Source: a virus
Direction: 5' to 3' (one strand)
DNA: 64,000 bases
IMG/VR virus record: IMGVR_UViG_3300047476_000982
Coordinates: 32,001-96,000 of that record
Positions 29,116 to 38,642 of this stretch are shown here, one piece after another (positions within the stretch are counted from its first letter, which is position 1; each line of letters opens with the position of its first letter). The notes below the pieces were generated by a model. The model made no database searches, was not told the DNA's origin, and saw nothing but the letters and a program-made list of their open reading frames with translations. The position numbers and the translations under genes are program-made.

Positions 29116-29966
29116 TATTGGTTGTTTTTTAACTCTTCAATCAAATCAAAATATTGTAATATTCCTGTTATGGTCTCGTCTTTAATAGACTGATTATCTT
29201 TAATAGGAGTTACAAATTTTAATACTTCTTCTAATTTGATTTTAACAACCTGGTCTTTTGAAGACTCTTTCAATTCAGTTAATTCTTTTTGTATTTGATC
29301 TAACTGACTATTTAAATATACTTTAAGATTCTTTGTATCAGAAATATTTGTAATATATTCTTTCAATACCTCTTTTTGCTTTTCAGACATATCTTGATAC
29401 TTGTTGTTGAACTTCTCAACCATCAATTTGTATGCTAAAAGTCTGATCTCTTTGTCTTCTTTCATAAGATCCTCTACTATAGACTTAGGAGCTTTTGAGT
29501 CAGAAAGATCTTGTTTTGTTAAGTGTTCAAGAAGATTGATCTTATTTACAATCAACTGTTTAGTATCTGATGTTTTTGAGTTTTGAGACTCAAGAATAGT
29601 ATAAATTGAAGCATAAGGCTTGTAGTTATCTATTTTAGCCTTAAAGAAATTATCTAGGTCGTAATTCTGCTTAATTTCTTTTATCAAATTATATTTTAAC
29701 TTGTTTATCTTTTCATAATCAAGTTTTTTATATTGCTCAATAAGAGTAGAAATTAATATTTCAGCTTTAGATTCTGTTAATTTAGGGCTAGTTGAGAAAG
29801 CGCTATAGAGACCATATTCTTTACCTAGTTCTGTATTTGTAAAATACTTTTTAAGTATCTTAACAGATTTTGAATCTTGATTATTCAAAAGGTCTGAAGT
29901 GGTCTGTCTAACTAGTAGTTCAAATAAAATACCAGTATTGCGATATTTGGAATGTTTTATTGCCAT
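29115..29966 (-). CDS. Hypothetical helical protein (283 aa) downstream of the portal gene
   Basis: ORF track; has its own late motif upstream. Confidence 0.75.
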   Translation of the reverse strand: MAIKHSKYRNTGILFELLVRQTTSDLLNNQDSKSVKILKKYFTNTELGKEYGLYSAFSTSPKLTESKAEILISTLIEQYKKLDYEKINKLKYNLIKEIKQNYDLDNFFKAKIDNYKPYASIYTILESQNSKTSDTKQLIVNKINLLEHLTKQDLSDSKAPKSIVEDLMKEDKEIRLLAYKLMVEKFNNKYQDMSEKQKEVLKEYITNISDTKNLKVYLNSQLDQIQKELTELKESSKDQVVKIKLEEVLKFVTPIKDNQSIKDETITGILQYFDLIEELKNNQ

Positions 29967-29990
29967 AGTTTTTTTACGAGTCCGCTAGTA

Positions 29991-29998
29991 ATAAATAT
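29991..29998 (-). promoter_or_regulatory. ATATTTAT putative late promoter
   Basis: Upstream of the gene starting at 29966. Confidence 0.65.
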
Positions 29999-30006
29999 CT
30001 AAATAT

Positions 30007-31917
30007 TTAATCTAAACCATTAATTATATTGTCTTCACTTAAAAGATCTGGTTGCTCAAACAAATTAACCTTTCTTTGGTGTTTCTTTGTCATTGCATTC
30101 AAAGCATTTTTATTTTTTAAATATTCTGCCATAGTCCCTTCTAATGCTAATGGGCTTCCTCCTTTATAGTTTGGCTTCATATTATTTTCTCCAGTCTCAG
30201 CATCCTTACTATAGGCTGCTTGACCAATTGGATCTCTGCCAAATCTAGAATTATCAGTGCCAATAATAGAAGTTACAGATTTAGGACGCCCTGGCTTATT
30301 TTCATCGTATCCATAAGGTACATTTAACATAGAATCTTCTTTACCTCCATATAGACTAGCTATCTGATGAGGTGTTCCGTATGCCTGACCTGATTCTGCT
30401 GGATCATTACCTTCTTCTTGTATTTGTGCATACCTAAATTCCCTCTTCTTATCTTCAATGATCATATCTTCAAGCTCAGCATATTGATCTTCAGAGAAGT
30501 GGAATATTTTATCATAGATAAAATCTCTAGGTAAGAGTGATCCTTCCATTGCTTGTTTAGCCAAATCAATCTTTTCTTTAAATAGTGCTATCCTTTCTTG
30601 ATCGTAAATAATAGAAGGATTAGTCAATGAAAGGCTAAAGTTAGCAGCAGACTCATTAGTATATCCATGAGCATATAAGTGAACTAAGGCAATCTTAGTC
30701 AACTCACTAATTATAATTCTTTGTAATCTTTCAATAGTTCTAGCAAAACGAATATCTTCTGCAGCAAGTGTAGCTTTACCAGTTAGATCTTTTTCGTATC
30801 CCATGAAAGCTTTAGGTATTTTAAGAGCCGCAAATAACTTCTCACGGAAGTAAGCTACGTCTTCAATACCATTATAATCAAGGCCTTTTGCAGTATCTAT
30901 CTTAGTAGAAGTATCATTACCTCTTACAGGGATAAAGAAGTCTTCTAATAAGTTTTGCTGGTTGTATTTGAGGTTATAATTACCTGTATTTGGATCAATC
31001 AAAGGAGTTTTCTTCATCTTTTGAATCATCTTCTGCATGTAATTATCTACTTCACCTGGAGGAATTGCTCCTACATTTACATAGAAAATTCTTCTTTCAG
31101 GAGCTCTTACTATACGATGAATCAACATTGCATCTTCAATCAACACATACTGCTTAAATAACTTACGAGCAGGCTCTAAATAAGATCTACCATAAGGAAG
31201 ATAGTTAACGTCTCCAGTTAATCTGAAGTGCGCCATTTCAAAGTTGTCAAACCAAATACCGGTATCATTGTTCTTTTGTGAACTATATCCTGTAGATGAA
31301 GCTAGAGTTGCATTTGGATCATACTTAAATCTTACCTCTTGTGGGTTTTCTGGATTGTATCCTTCTTCACGAATAATATTATACGCTGAGAAAGGAATTA
31401 CATTATAAACACCGTAGTTTTCTGCTATCTCTAATTTGAGGTAGAAGTCGCCGTATTTAGCCATGTTACGAACCCAAGACCAAAGATTAAATTCAATATT
31501 AAGTACAGAATAAAATAAATTGTAGAGGAGTTTCTGAATGTTTTCGTCAGAAGATCTAATTTGTAATACTTCACCTTGTTCATTTTTAAGTGTACATTCG
31601 TCTGCTACAATATCCAATGCTGAACAACAAATAGCATCTGTGTCCATAGCATCATAGTCTGCATATATTTGAACCCTTGCGGATTGATAGTTCTGCGCTA
31701 AGTTAAGGTTCACACCATAAGCTGTTGATGTAGTATATACCTTATTGAATCTATCAATTAAAGAGTTAGTTTGAATAACGCCAGATCTTTGTATAGTATC
31801 TGTGTCAATTACTTTAAGCATATCTCCGCCTTCATTACGAATGATAACATCTGTAGAAAACAGACGTCTTAAGGTAGAGAATAAATTGTTTTGTTTTTGC
31901 GGTTGTTGTTCTGCCAT
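30007..31917 (-). CDS. gp20: Portal protein, T4 gp20-like
   Basis: PYGRSYLEPARK, LIEDAMLIHRIVRAPERRIFYVNVG, LEDFFIPVRG, LFAALKIP. Confidence 0.95.
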   Translation of the reverse strand: MAEQQPQKQNNLFSTLRRLFSTDVIIRNEGGDMLKVIDTDTIQRSGVIQTNSLIDRFNKVYTTSTAYGVNLNLAQNYQSARVQIYADYDAMDTDAICCSALDIVADECTLKNEQGEVLQIRSSDENIQKLLYNLFYSVLNIEFNLWSWVRNMAKYGDFYLKLEIAENYGVYNVIPFSAYNIIREEGYNPENPQEVRFKYDPNATLASSTGYSSQKNNDTGIWFDNFEMAHFRLTGDVNYLPYGRSYLEPARKLFKQYVLIEDAMLIHRIVRAPERRIFYVNVGAIPPGEVDNYMQKMIQKMKKTPLIDPNTGNYNLKYNQQNLLEDFFIPVRGNDTSTKIDTAKGLDYNGIEDVAYFREKLFAALKIPKAFMGYEKDLTGKATLAAEDIRFARTIERLQRIIISELTKIALVHLYAHGYTNESAANFSLSLTNPSIIYDQERIALFKEKIDLAKQAMEGSLLPRDFIYDKIFHFSEDQYAELEDMIIEDKKREFRYAQIQEEGNDPAESGQAYGTPHQIASLYGGKEDSMLNVPYGYDENKPGRPKSVTSIIGTDNSRFGRDPIGQAAYSKDAETGENNMKPNYKGGSPLALEGTMAEYLKNKNALNAMTKKHQRKVNLFEQPDLLSEDNIINGLD

Positions 31918-31921
31918 ATTA

Positions 31922-33517
31922 TTAAATTAACCAAGTTAAATCTTGTGTTTCGCCACCCATTGGAGTATTAACATTCATAATCCAAGGATTTTGATTATAT
32001 TGATTATTAGCATTATAACTAATACTGTTATCTTGAGTTCTAGTAAAACTATTTAATGCTGCATAAGTTAAATTTTCTGCTGTCTTTCTATATCTAAGAC
32101 TTGTTTCTCTTAAATACATTGCGATAGCAAAAGACATAACTAAGTCATCATTATAACTCTGCATTGCTTGTGCTTTACCATTTTTCCAAATAAAGACTCT
32201 TAACTCTTCTAAAAGTCTTATTGACTTTATGTTTGCTAATTTAGTCTCTACAAAGTCTCTCATCTTTTCTATAACCAAAGGCCTAGTTTTTTCTGTTGTA
32301 CTAAAGCCAGGAACTAAACCAGTTTGAGTATTAAATCTATCTACATACTTAGTAAAGTCCATGTTTTGATCTTGCTTATAACTATAATGTACATTGTTAT
32401 AACCCCTCTCTAATACTGTTTGAATTACATCCCAACCTATATTAGCATTCTCAATTACAACTAGTGCATTATTATATTCAGATGCAACACTTAATATTAT
32501 ATTAGCATAATCTCTAGTATCTATTTGTGACTTATACTCTGCTACTTGAGTTACAGATTCTATATCTATAACATGAAAAGAAGAGTAGTCTTTACCATCA
32601 CCACGTGCAACGTCAGCAACCAAGGCATAGTATTTCATTGGATCGGGATATTCCCATAACCATAATGCTTTATCTAAACCACGCCTTTCTATTGGTTCTG
32701 AGATCATATTCTGCTCATACCAATTCAATATATCTGGTTCTATAACTGTATTACCTGACGTGGCGAAATCACAATCACACTCTTGAGCAGCATTACGCTT
32801 ACCTAATATTGTATCTTGCTCGTCTCTCCAATCTTGATTACGTTCAGGGTGAACTGTCCAAGGAAGAGAGATTGGTAAAAACCTGTTCTTTTCTTCTTGG
32901 GCAGACGTATATGTTTTATGAAACCAATTACCTACACCATTAGGAGTAGATAAAGCTATACAACCACCACCTGTTGCCAATGTTTGTTGAGCAGCAGTAA
33001 ATATTTCTTCAATACGATCAATGAACGCAGCCTCATCTATAACTAGTAGAGATACAGCTTCAGAACGGCCAGCATCACCAGCGGCAGATACTGCTTTTAC
33101 TTGAGAACCATTTACTAATTTTAGACTAAGTCTATTATCTTCAGCTGTTCCTATTTTAAGCCAACTTGGTAAGTTTTGGTAAGCAAATCTTACTTTAGTT
33201 ACCATATTCTTGGCAGTATCTTGCTTAGTAGCAATAACAAGAACGTTTTTATCTTTATTAAAGAGCATTAACCATAATGAGTAAGCAGATACTAAGGTAG
33301 ATATACCTAACTGTCTTGACTTATTTATGATTGAATAGTCATGTTTCTGAAACAGTTTAAGAACCTTTTCTTGAAACGGATAAAGATTAAAAAATTGTCT
33401 ACCTCTTTGCGGGTGCTGGATCATATAGTACTTCTTCATGAAGTATACAGGATCTGTCGCGCATTTGACAAACTCTTCTTTAATCTTTTCTTTTATCGAT
33501 ATCTGGTTATCAGACAT
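31922..33517 (-). CDS. gp17: Terminase large subunit, T4 gp17-like
   Basis: INKSRQLGIST Walker A, LLVIDEAAF Walker B, LSTPNG, ADVARG.G.DYS, DDLVMS nuclease motifs. Confidence 0.95.
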   Translation of the reverse strand: MSDNQISIKEKIKEEFVKCATDPVYFMKKYYMIQHPQRGRQFFNLYPFQEKVLKLFQKHDYSIINKSRQLGISTLVSAYSLWLMLFNKDKNVLVIATKQDTAKNMVTKVRFAYQNLPSWLKIGTAEDNRLSLKLVNGSQVKAVSAAGDAGRSEAVSLLVIDEAAFIDRIEEIFTAAQQTLATGGGCIALSTPNGVGNWFHKTYTSAQEEKNRFLPISLPWTVHPERNQDWRDEQDTILGKRNAAQECDCDFATSGNTVIEPDILNWYEQNMISEPIERRGLDKALWLWEYPDPMKYYALVADVARGDGKDYSSFHVIDIESVTQVAEYKSQIDTRDYANIILSVASEYNNALVVIENANIGWDVIQTVLERGYNNVHYSYKQDQNMDFTKYVDRFNTQTGLVPGFSTTEKTRPLVIEKMRDFVETKLANIKSIRLLEELRVFIWKNGKAQAMQSYNDDLVMSFAIAMYLRETSLRYRKTAENLTYAALNSFTRTQDNSISYNANNQYNQNPWIMNVNTPMGGETQDLTWLI

Positions 33518-34206
33518 TATTTTACAATTAATAAACCTATGATCGCAGCACCTAGTGCTACTTTTTGGAATCTACCAAATTTAAGTTTGCGATCAGCTTT
33601 TTTTACTTCTGTTTTCAAACCGTCAACTTGTATTTTATAGTTGTCAATTTGACTTGATTTATCTTTATCTATTTGAATATAATTAGCTTCTTTATCTCTT
33701 AATTTAACTATAACTTCTTCACGATTCTTAAGAGATTGGTCTAAAGTAACTATAACACTATCTTGTGCTACTACTAACTTTTCATTTGTTTCTCCTTCTT
33801 GAAGATCAACAACAATTGCTTTACTTACTTCTAGAGGAAGTTGGGTAGTATCTTTAGAAACTAAAATATATTCATTAGAATACTTAGCTATAAAAAAACT
33901 ATCTACTTGAGTAGGAGTATATTTTAATGCGTCTTTTGCATCTTTAAGATCTCCTTTTAAATCTAAGACTTTTTCATTTAATTTACCTACTTTAACTACC
34001 AAGTATCCATTATCTTGTTCTAATACACTGATAGCTCCTTCTAAATGAGTATTTTCTATTTGTACAGAATCTATATTATGTTGTAATGAATCAATCTTTT
34101 GTTCAAATGGCTTAGTATCAAATTTAGGTGCTTTATAAATGAATACATACCATACTGCTATTAAAGCTAAAAGGCATATTACTATAATACTAATTGTCTT
34201 CTTCAT
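33517..34206 (-). CDS. Membrane-anchored coiled-coil protein, possibly spanin-like
   Basis: N-terminal hydrophobic helix, long heptad region, C-terminal hydrophobic tail. Confidence 0.45.
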   Translation of the reverse strand: MKKTISIIVICLLALIAVWYVFIYKAPKFDTKPFEQKIDSLQHNIDSVQIENTHLEGAISVLEQDNGYLVVKVGKLNEKVLDLKGDLKDAKDALKYTPTQVDSFFIAKYSNEYILVSKDTTQLPLEVSKAIVVDLQEGETNEKLVVAQDSVIVTLDQSLKNREEVIVKLRDKEANYIQIDKDKSSQIDNYKIQVDGLKTEVKKADRKLKFGRFQKVALGAAIIGLLIVK

Positions 34207-34540
34207 CTGGATCTAATTTAGGGTTTTCTACTTTATCTATTTGAGCTTTAAGAAGCTTAATTCTATCAGGAATATTTCCAACAGCATTCTTATATCCAGC
34301 TACATCTTTAAGTTTAAGATTACCATCAGGTCCTCTTTCTGTATATTTTGCAAGGATAGTTTTTACTTGTTGTTGAAGATTGGCTAGCTCTTTTTTCTTT
34401 TTGTCTATTGATCTAAAATCCTTTTCAGATTGTTTAAGATCATCTTTTGAAGGTTCTGCCTCCATATCTTCCTCTTCTCTAATTCTAGAAATTATGGTAA
34501 GATTGTTTTCGACTAAATACTTTTCTAAGTTAAATGACAT
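34190..34540 (-). CDS. Hypothetical protein (116 aa), candidate internal head protein
   Basis: ORF track; MSFNLEKYLVE N-terminus; late motif upstream. Confidence 0.65.
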   Translation of the reverse strand: MSFNLEKYLVENNLTIISRIREEEDMEAEPSKDDLKQSEKDFRSIDKKKKELANLQQQVKTILAKYTERGPDGNLKLKDVAGYKNAVGNIPDRIKLLKAQIDKVENPKLDPDEEDN

Positions 34541-34556
34541 GGTCGTACATTTACTT

Positions 34557-34564
34557 ATAAATAT
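34557..34564 (-). promoter_or_regulatory. ATATTTAT putative late promoter
   Basis: Upstream of the gene starting at 34540. Confidence 0.6.
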
Positions 34565-34567
34565 TTA

Positions 34568-34813
34568 TCAATCAACAAAATCTTCTTTAGTAGTAGCTTT
34601 CCTTAAAGGTCTAGATAATTCTAACCATCTGTCATAATCGTATTTAACTCCAAACAAATAGTATTCGTCCTGCTTATTATGTCCTTTTCCATAAAGGATG
34701 GCTGGTCCTGTAGCACAGTGAGGTTTTGTAACACCTTTTTCGTCTTCGTAAATGTGAATTGTTGTCCCTTCTATAGTCTTTATTGTTCTATAGATCGTAT
34801 CTTTTTTTGCCAT
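34568..34813 (-). CDS. Hypothetical protein (81 aa) with an H-x-x-x-GPA motif
   Basis: PHCATGPAILY...EYYLFG resembles one copy of the LHRxDGPA viral repeat. Confidence 0.65.
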   Translation of the reverse strand: MAKKDTIYRTIKTIEGTTIHIYEDEKGVTKPHCATGPAILYGKGHNKQDEYYLFGVKYDYDRWLELSRPLRKATTKEDFVD

Positions 34814-34828
34814 GTTATTAATTTATGG

Positions 34829-34839
34829 CTAATATACAA
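34829..34839 (-). promoter_or_regulatory. TTGTATATTAG putative early/host-type promoter
   Basis: Similar to TTGTATATTGG at 45414-45424. Confidence 0.4.
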
Positions 34840-34856
34840 AAAATAATTAAGAGATA

Positions 34857-36386
34857 TTAACTAAAGTCTATAGTATCATTTACTGAAATATCATCATCTG
34901 TCAGGGTATCTCCAAATAAAAATTTAGTGAGAGAATAAATTCCATTATCCATAAAATCTTTTACTTTATCAATATAAGATTTAATAGTATCTGTTATTCC
35001 TTCTTTAAGTTTAGTTGGATCTGATATTAAAGATACCACACTCCAAAATCTATATCTTCCAGTTTTTTCTCCTTTTAATTTTTCAGAAGAAGATTTAAAT
35101 CTAACAGTCAATTTCATTTGATCTGCTATTTTTGAAGCATACGCATCATTTTGAGTAGAGTGCAATTTAGGATTAGATAAATCACTACTTACAGATAGTA
35201 CATAATCAGCAGACGCAGGACTACCTGCCCCAAATTTTTCATATCCAGACATTGCTTCTTTTGCAAATGCAATTTTAAATTCAGGACTTTTAGTAAATAA
35301 AGACTCTAACTTTTCAGCCATTTCTTTATGCGCTTTATCACCAGCCGCTAATATCTTGTCTTTTCCTGATTTTAAACCCGCTTCTACTCCTCCAGATTTT
35401 GTATATCCTACCTCAACAAATTTATCAAATGTGTTTAGGACTTCTTTTGCTTCTTTTGTATTTAGTATTCCAGGAACTTTTTTAGCCGCGGCATAAAATG
35501 TTGCTAAAGACTCATTTTTACCTCCTGACATTAATTGAGAATTTCCTACTTTTACTGATATTTTTTTATTTCCTAATATTACATCAGTTTTTGGAGTTGT
35601 ATTAACAGCTCCTTGATTTTTCCAAAAATCGGTTAATGTTGCTTTTTCACCGCTTCTTCCTGTTGCTCTAGCAGATTTACCTGTTTGAAGTTTTAATTCT
35701 ATTATTACATTCTTTGCTTTTTCTAGCATTTTTTTATTAGACTTAAGTTTATCTAATTCTTCTGGTAAAATTGCATCAGGTGGTACTTTTAATCCGTTAA
35801 CTAAATACCAAGCGTATACTAAAGCCGATTCAAAAAGGGTCGCCTCACCTGTATCTGCTTCTTTTAATATAGCTTCTAATATTCTAGATTCTGTTAATTC
35901 TTCTCCTCCGCCTTCTTCTGTACTAGTTTCCGCTGGAGGTGTTGGTCCTGCTTCTTCTGCAGGTCCTTCTGAATCTCTAGTGCCTTGCTCTGCTCCATCT
36001 GGGCCTTTGGTCTTTAAAGGATTACCAAACCTAAGAAGTCTTGATATAGCAACCATACATCTTTCTTTCTCACCAATAGACATTAAATAATACTTCTTTC
36101 CTTCAACAGTTGCTTCATAGGCTTTGCCCATAAACTGCAAGAAAAAGAATTGCCCATTATGTAGAACAATTTTAAATGTAGTCGGCTTAGGAGCAACTAC
36201 ATATATACCAGTAATATATTCTTCAAATGAAGGAGTCATAAGATACTCAAGAGTATTCTTAAGTCCTACATACTTCTTTAATATAAACTGCATAGGATCA
36301 TCCTCAAACGTTGATTGTTCAGGTTCCATCCTATCTAATTCTTGTAAGAGTATTGTTTTTAATATGTCTTGGTTACTCACTGGCAT
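34857..36386 (-). CDS. Two-domain protein; C-terminal region is PD-(D/E)xK-like nuclease candidate
   Basis: TPKTDVILGNKKISVK motif follows an acidic linker containing LTE/ILE/LKE sites. Confidence 0.45.
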   Translation of the reverse strand: MPVSNQDILKTILLQELDRMEPEQSTFEDDPMQFILKKYVGLKNTLEYLMTPSFEEYITGIYVVAPKPTTFKIVLHNGQFFFLQFMGKAYEATVEGKKYYLMSIGEKERCMVAISRLLRFGNPLKTKGPDGAEQGTRDSEGPAEEAGPTPPAETSTEEGGGEELTESRILEAILKEADTGEATLFESALVYAWYLVNGLKVPPDAILPEELDKLKSNKKMLEKAKNVIIELKLQTGKSARATGRSGEKATLTDFWKNQGAVNTTPKTDVILGNKKISVKVGNSQLMSGGKNESLATFYAAAKKVPGILNTKEAKEVLNTFDKFVEVGYTKSGGVEAGLKSGKDKILAAGDKAHKEMAEKLESLFTKSPEFKIAFAKEAMSGYEKFGAGSPASADYVLSVSSDLSNPKLHSTQNDAYASKIADQMKLTVRFKSSSEKLKGEKTGRYRFWSVVSLISDPTKLKEGITDTIKSYIDKVKDFMDNGIYSLTKFLFGDTLTDDDISVNDTIDFS

Positions 36387-36389
36387 TAT

Positions 36390-37061
36390 TTATTTTGCTT
36401 TTTTAAGCTTTATAACACTTTCCATCATAGATTTAAGAGACGTTTCGTTAATCTTTTTTGGAATAGGTAATACATCAAGATCTTTAGCAAGCTCCTTAGC
36501 TTTATCTTGATCTTTTGCACTTAACTTATTATAAGAGGTAATAAGTTGAGATTTGGTGATGTTTTCTTTTTTATATAGCTGTAAATTTTTAGAAAAATCT
36601 TTAAGACTAATAGACTTGACTTCCATCATAGATTGAAGTTTCATATCTAAATCTTCTGCATCGCCTGCAGGTTCTTCAATTGTACCGTTTGGTAATTCAT
36701 CCATATCATGTTCACTATTATGATATTCATGGTAGTTTTTTGAAGCTTGATTAATAAAGTTCTCTGCATTAGTAATGTGATCTTGGATCCAAGCTGGGAT
36801 GTCTTTTTCATCTTGGCCTAACATATTCATTAATTGACTTGCTGAGCTTATAATAGACTTAAGACTATTTTGTGCCATTGATACTTCATGGTCTTCACCT
36901 TCTTTTTTTACATCTTTTTTTGCACGAAGTGCAGCAAAGTCTGCACCAGTAATTTTGTCTTTAGGTTCAGCAGCTTGTGCTATTTTTTCTTGATTTCCAG
37001 GAAGATCTTTTTCGTTCAACTCTTTCATTAAAAGAGCTTTAAAGAATGAAATACTATTCAT
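36390..37061 (-). CDS. Hypothetical protein (223 aa), candidate processed internal head protein
   Basis: ORF track; modules separated by LNE/MME/INE. Confidence 0.65.
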   Translation of the reverse strand: MNSISFFKALLMKELNEKDLPGNQEKIAQAAEPKDKITGADFAALRAKKDVKKEGEDHEVSMAQNSLKSIISSASQLMNMLGQDEKDIPAWIQDHITNAENFINQASKNYHEYHNSEHDMDELPNGTIEEPAGDAEDLDMKLQSMMEVKSISLKDFSKNLQLYKKENITKSQLITSYNKLSAKDQDKAKELAKDLDVLPIPKKINETSLKSMMESVIKLKKAK

Positions 37062-37224
37062 TTGTATTATTTTGTCTTTGTTTACATTTATTACATTTAC
37101 AACCTTTATGTATATAAATATTATATCTTAATTTTAACCAACTATAAACACCAGCTAATCCTAATGCACCAGAAATCCATGCTAATGCATTTAATATCAT
37201 AGCAGTCCAACAGGCTGGGCACAT
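37054..37224 (-). CDS. Cys-rich membrane microprotein (56 aa, MCPACWTAMILNALAWISGALGLAGVYSWLKLRYNIYIHKGCKCNKCKQRQNNTNE)
   Basis: Manual translation; overlaps both neighbours (TAATG and ATGAATAG coupling). Confidence 0.6.
   Translation of the reverse strand: MCPACWTAMILNALAWISGALGLAGVYSWLKLRYNIYIHKGCKCNKCKQRQNNTNE
37114..37121 (-). promoter_or_regulatory. ATATTTAT putative late promoter (inside the microprotein ORF)
   Basis: About 50 nt upstream of the gene starting at 37061. Confidence 0.45.
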
Positions 37225-37511
37225 TACTTTTTCTTTTTAGATTTACTTGCTTTTTTCCATAACTTTTTATCTACTTTTCTTGCTCCACCTTTACCTGTTA
37301 CAAATGAATTAACTCTACCCATTGCCCATTGATGCTGTCCAACTCCAGGGCGATGTCCTGTTTTCCAAGCCGCTAAACCTTTAGCATAAACGCTTTTAAG
37401 TATAGTTTTAGATATACCAGTAGACTTGGCTTTATTTGCTAATGCTTTTTCTACTTCAGCATCGTACTCAAGCATGAGTATTTGCTTTAATATATCTAAT
37501 TTATTTATCAT
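37224..37511 (-). CDS. Small basic protein, DUF5824-like
   Basis: SVYAKGLAAWKTGHRPG...QWAMGRVNSF motif, recalled from memory of that family. Confidence 0.6.
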   Translation of the reverse strand: MINKLDILKQILMLEYDAEVEKALANKAKSTGISKTILKSVYAKGLAAWKTGHRPGVGQHQWAMGRVNSFVTGKGGARKVDKKLWKKASKSKKKK

Positions 37512-37783
37512 TTCTTTTTCTTTTTATCTAGTTTGTTTTTAACTATTTCTCTAGTTCTATCCATTTTCCTTGCATAAGCAGGATCGTCTTTACGGTTAAA
37601 ATTTGCTTGTTGGTTTAATGAGCCAGTTATTTTACTCATGTTACCTTTTCTTGTTTTAATTAACCAATTAGCTAACTTTTCTGCTGGCAACTCTTTAAAC
37701 CTACCTTTTGCATCTGGTGCGTTTGAATGGTGAAACTTTAATCTTTCTTCAACTAATTGTTGTAATAGTTTTTGTAGCTTCAT
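37508..37783 (-). CDS. Small basic hypothetical protein (91 aa)
   Basis: ORF track; MKLQKLLQQLVEE N-terminus. Confidence 0.7.
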   Translation of the reverse strand: MKLQKLLQQLVEERLKFHHSNAPDAKGRFKELPAEKLANWLIKTRKGNMSKITGSLNQQANFNRKDDPAYARKMDRTREIVKNKLDKKKKK

Positions 37784-38313
37784 TATTTTTCTTTTTTACC
37801 AAACCTTTTTTCATACGCAGAAGTTGCAGCACTTTTCTTAGTTTTATATTTTTTAGTCTTAGCCTTATCTGAATAATCTGCATCCCATTTACCATACGCA
37901 GAAGGATCATCAGACTTTAATTTCTTTACTCTATCAATTTCTTTCTTCATTGCTGCTGCATCTTTAGTAAGATATGCAGGATTAACTTTACCTTTCTTTT
38001 TTGCTTCACTTACTCTAACACAATTAGGAACCATTCTGTTCCCTTTCTTTTTTAATCCTTTTTGTCTGTATCCTTTCCAACAAGCTTCTTCTAAAGGATT
38101 TAAATCTAATTCTCTTCTTATTAAATCAAACTCTTCATATTCCATCCCTAAAAGTTCCTCTTGTACATCTTCTTTAGATCTTAGTTTGTGATAAGGGAAT
38201 ACTACTTTAGATACTAATTCAGGATTTTGATCATATAAATCTAGAATAGGTTGTATTGTCATTACTCCCATTTCTGAGATAACTTCATTCAATATATCTT
38301 TAAGCTTGATCAT
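37783..38313 (-). CDS. Modular basic protein with CWKGY...VPNCV peptide
   Basis: MIKLKDILNE tag; ACWKGYRQKGLKKKGNRMVPNCV module is flanked by Glu. Confidence 0.7.
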   Translation of the reverse strand: MIKLKDILNEVISEMGVMTIQPILDLYDQNPELVSKVVFPYHKLRSKEDVQEELLGMEYEEFDLIRRELDLNPLEEACWKGYRQKGLKKKGNRMVPNCVRVSEAKKKGKVNPAYLTKDAAAMKKEIDRVKKLKSDDPSAYGKWDADYSDKAKTKKYKTKKSAATSAYEKRFGKKEK

Positions 38314-38627
38314 TTATTTCTAATTATTAGTTCACCTAATACTTCTAGTCTACCAACCTCTCTTTGAAATTCTGTTTGAGTCATATTCAAAGATATGCTT
38401 TTATACGTTTTATCATATTCTTTTTTAGCTTCTTCTATATTAAACTCACCTTGTTTAGCTTTCTTATAATAAGGAAGCTTAACTATAAAGTGGTTATAAG
38501 TAAGCATAGATAGGCCGCCTTTTTCCTTTGCGTTGTTTGCAATCTTCTCAGCACCCTTCATTCTTGTTTCTGCAAAATCTATGAAAGACTCTTTAATTTC
38601 CTTTAAAATATCTAGAAGCTTTGTCAT
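38310..38627 (-). CDS. Hypothetical protein (105 aa) with MTKLLDILKE tag
   Basis: ORF track; late motif upstream. Confidence 0.7.
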   Translation of the reverse strand: MTKLLDILKEIKESFIDFAETRMKGAEKIANNAKEKGGLSMLTYNHFIVKLPYYKKAKQGEFNIEEAKKEYDKTYKSISLNMTQTEFQREVGRLEVLGELIIRNK

Positions 38628-38633
38628 ATGAAT

Positions 38634-38641
38634 ATAAATAT
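38634..38641 (-). promoter_or_regulatory. ATATTTAT putative late promoter
   Basis: 6 nt upstream of the ATG at 38627. Confidence 0.65.
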
Positions 38642-38642
38642 C

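Noticed and set aside
28113-34568. Perfect palindromes ATAAATATTTAT at 28113-28124 and 34557-34568 as bidirectional promoters or operators
   Set aside because: Explained by a GATAA stop codon abutting the ATATTTAT motif; only two cases.
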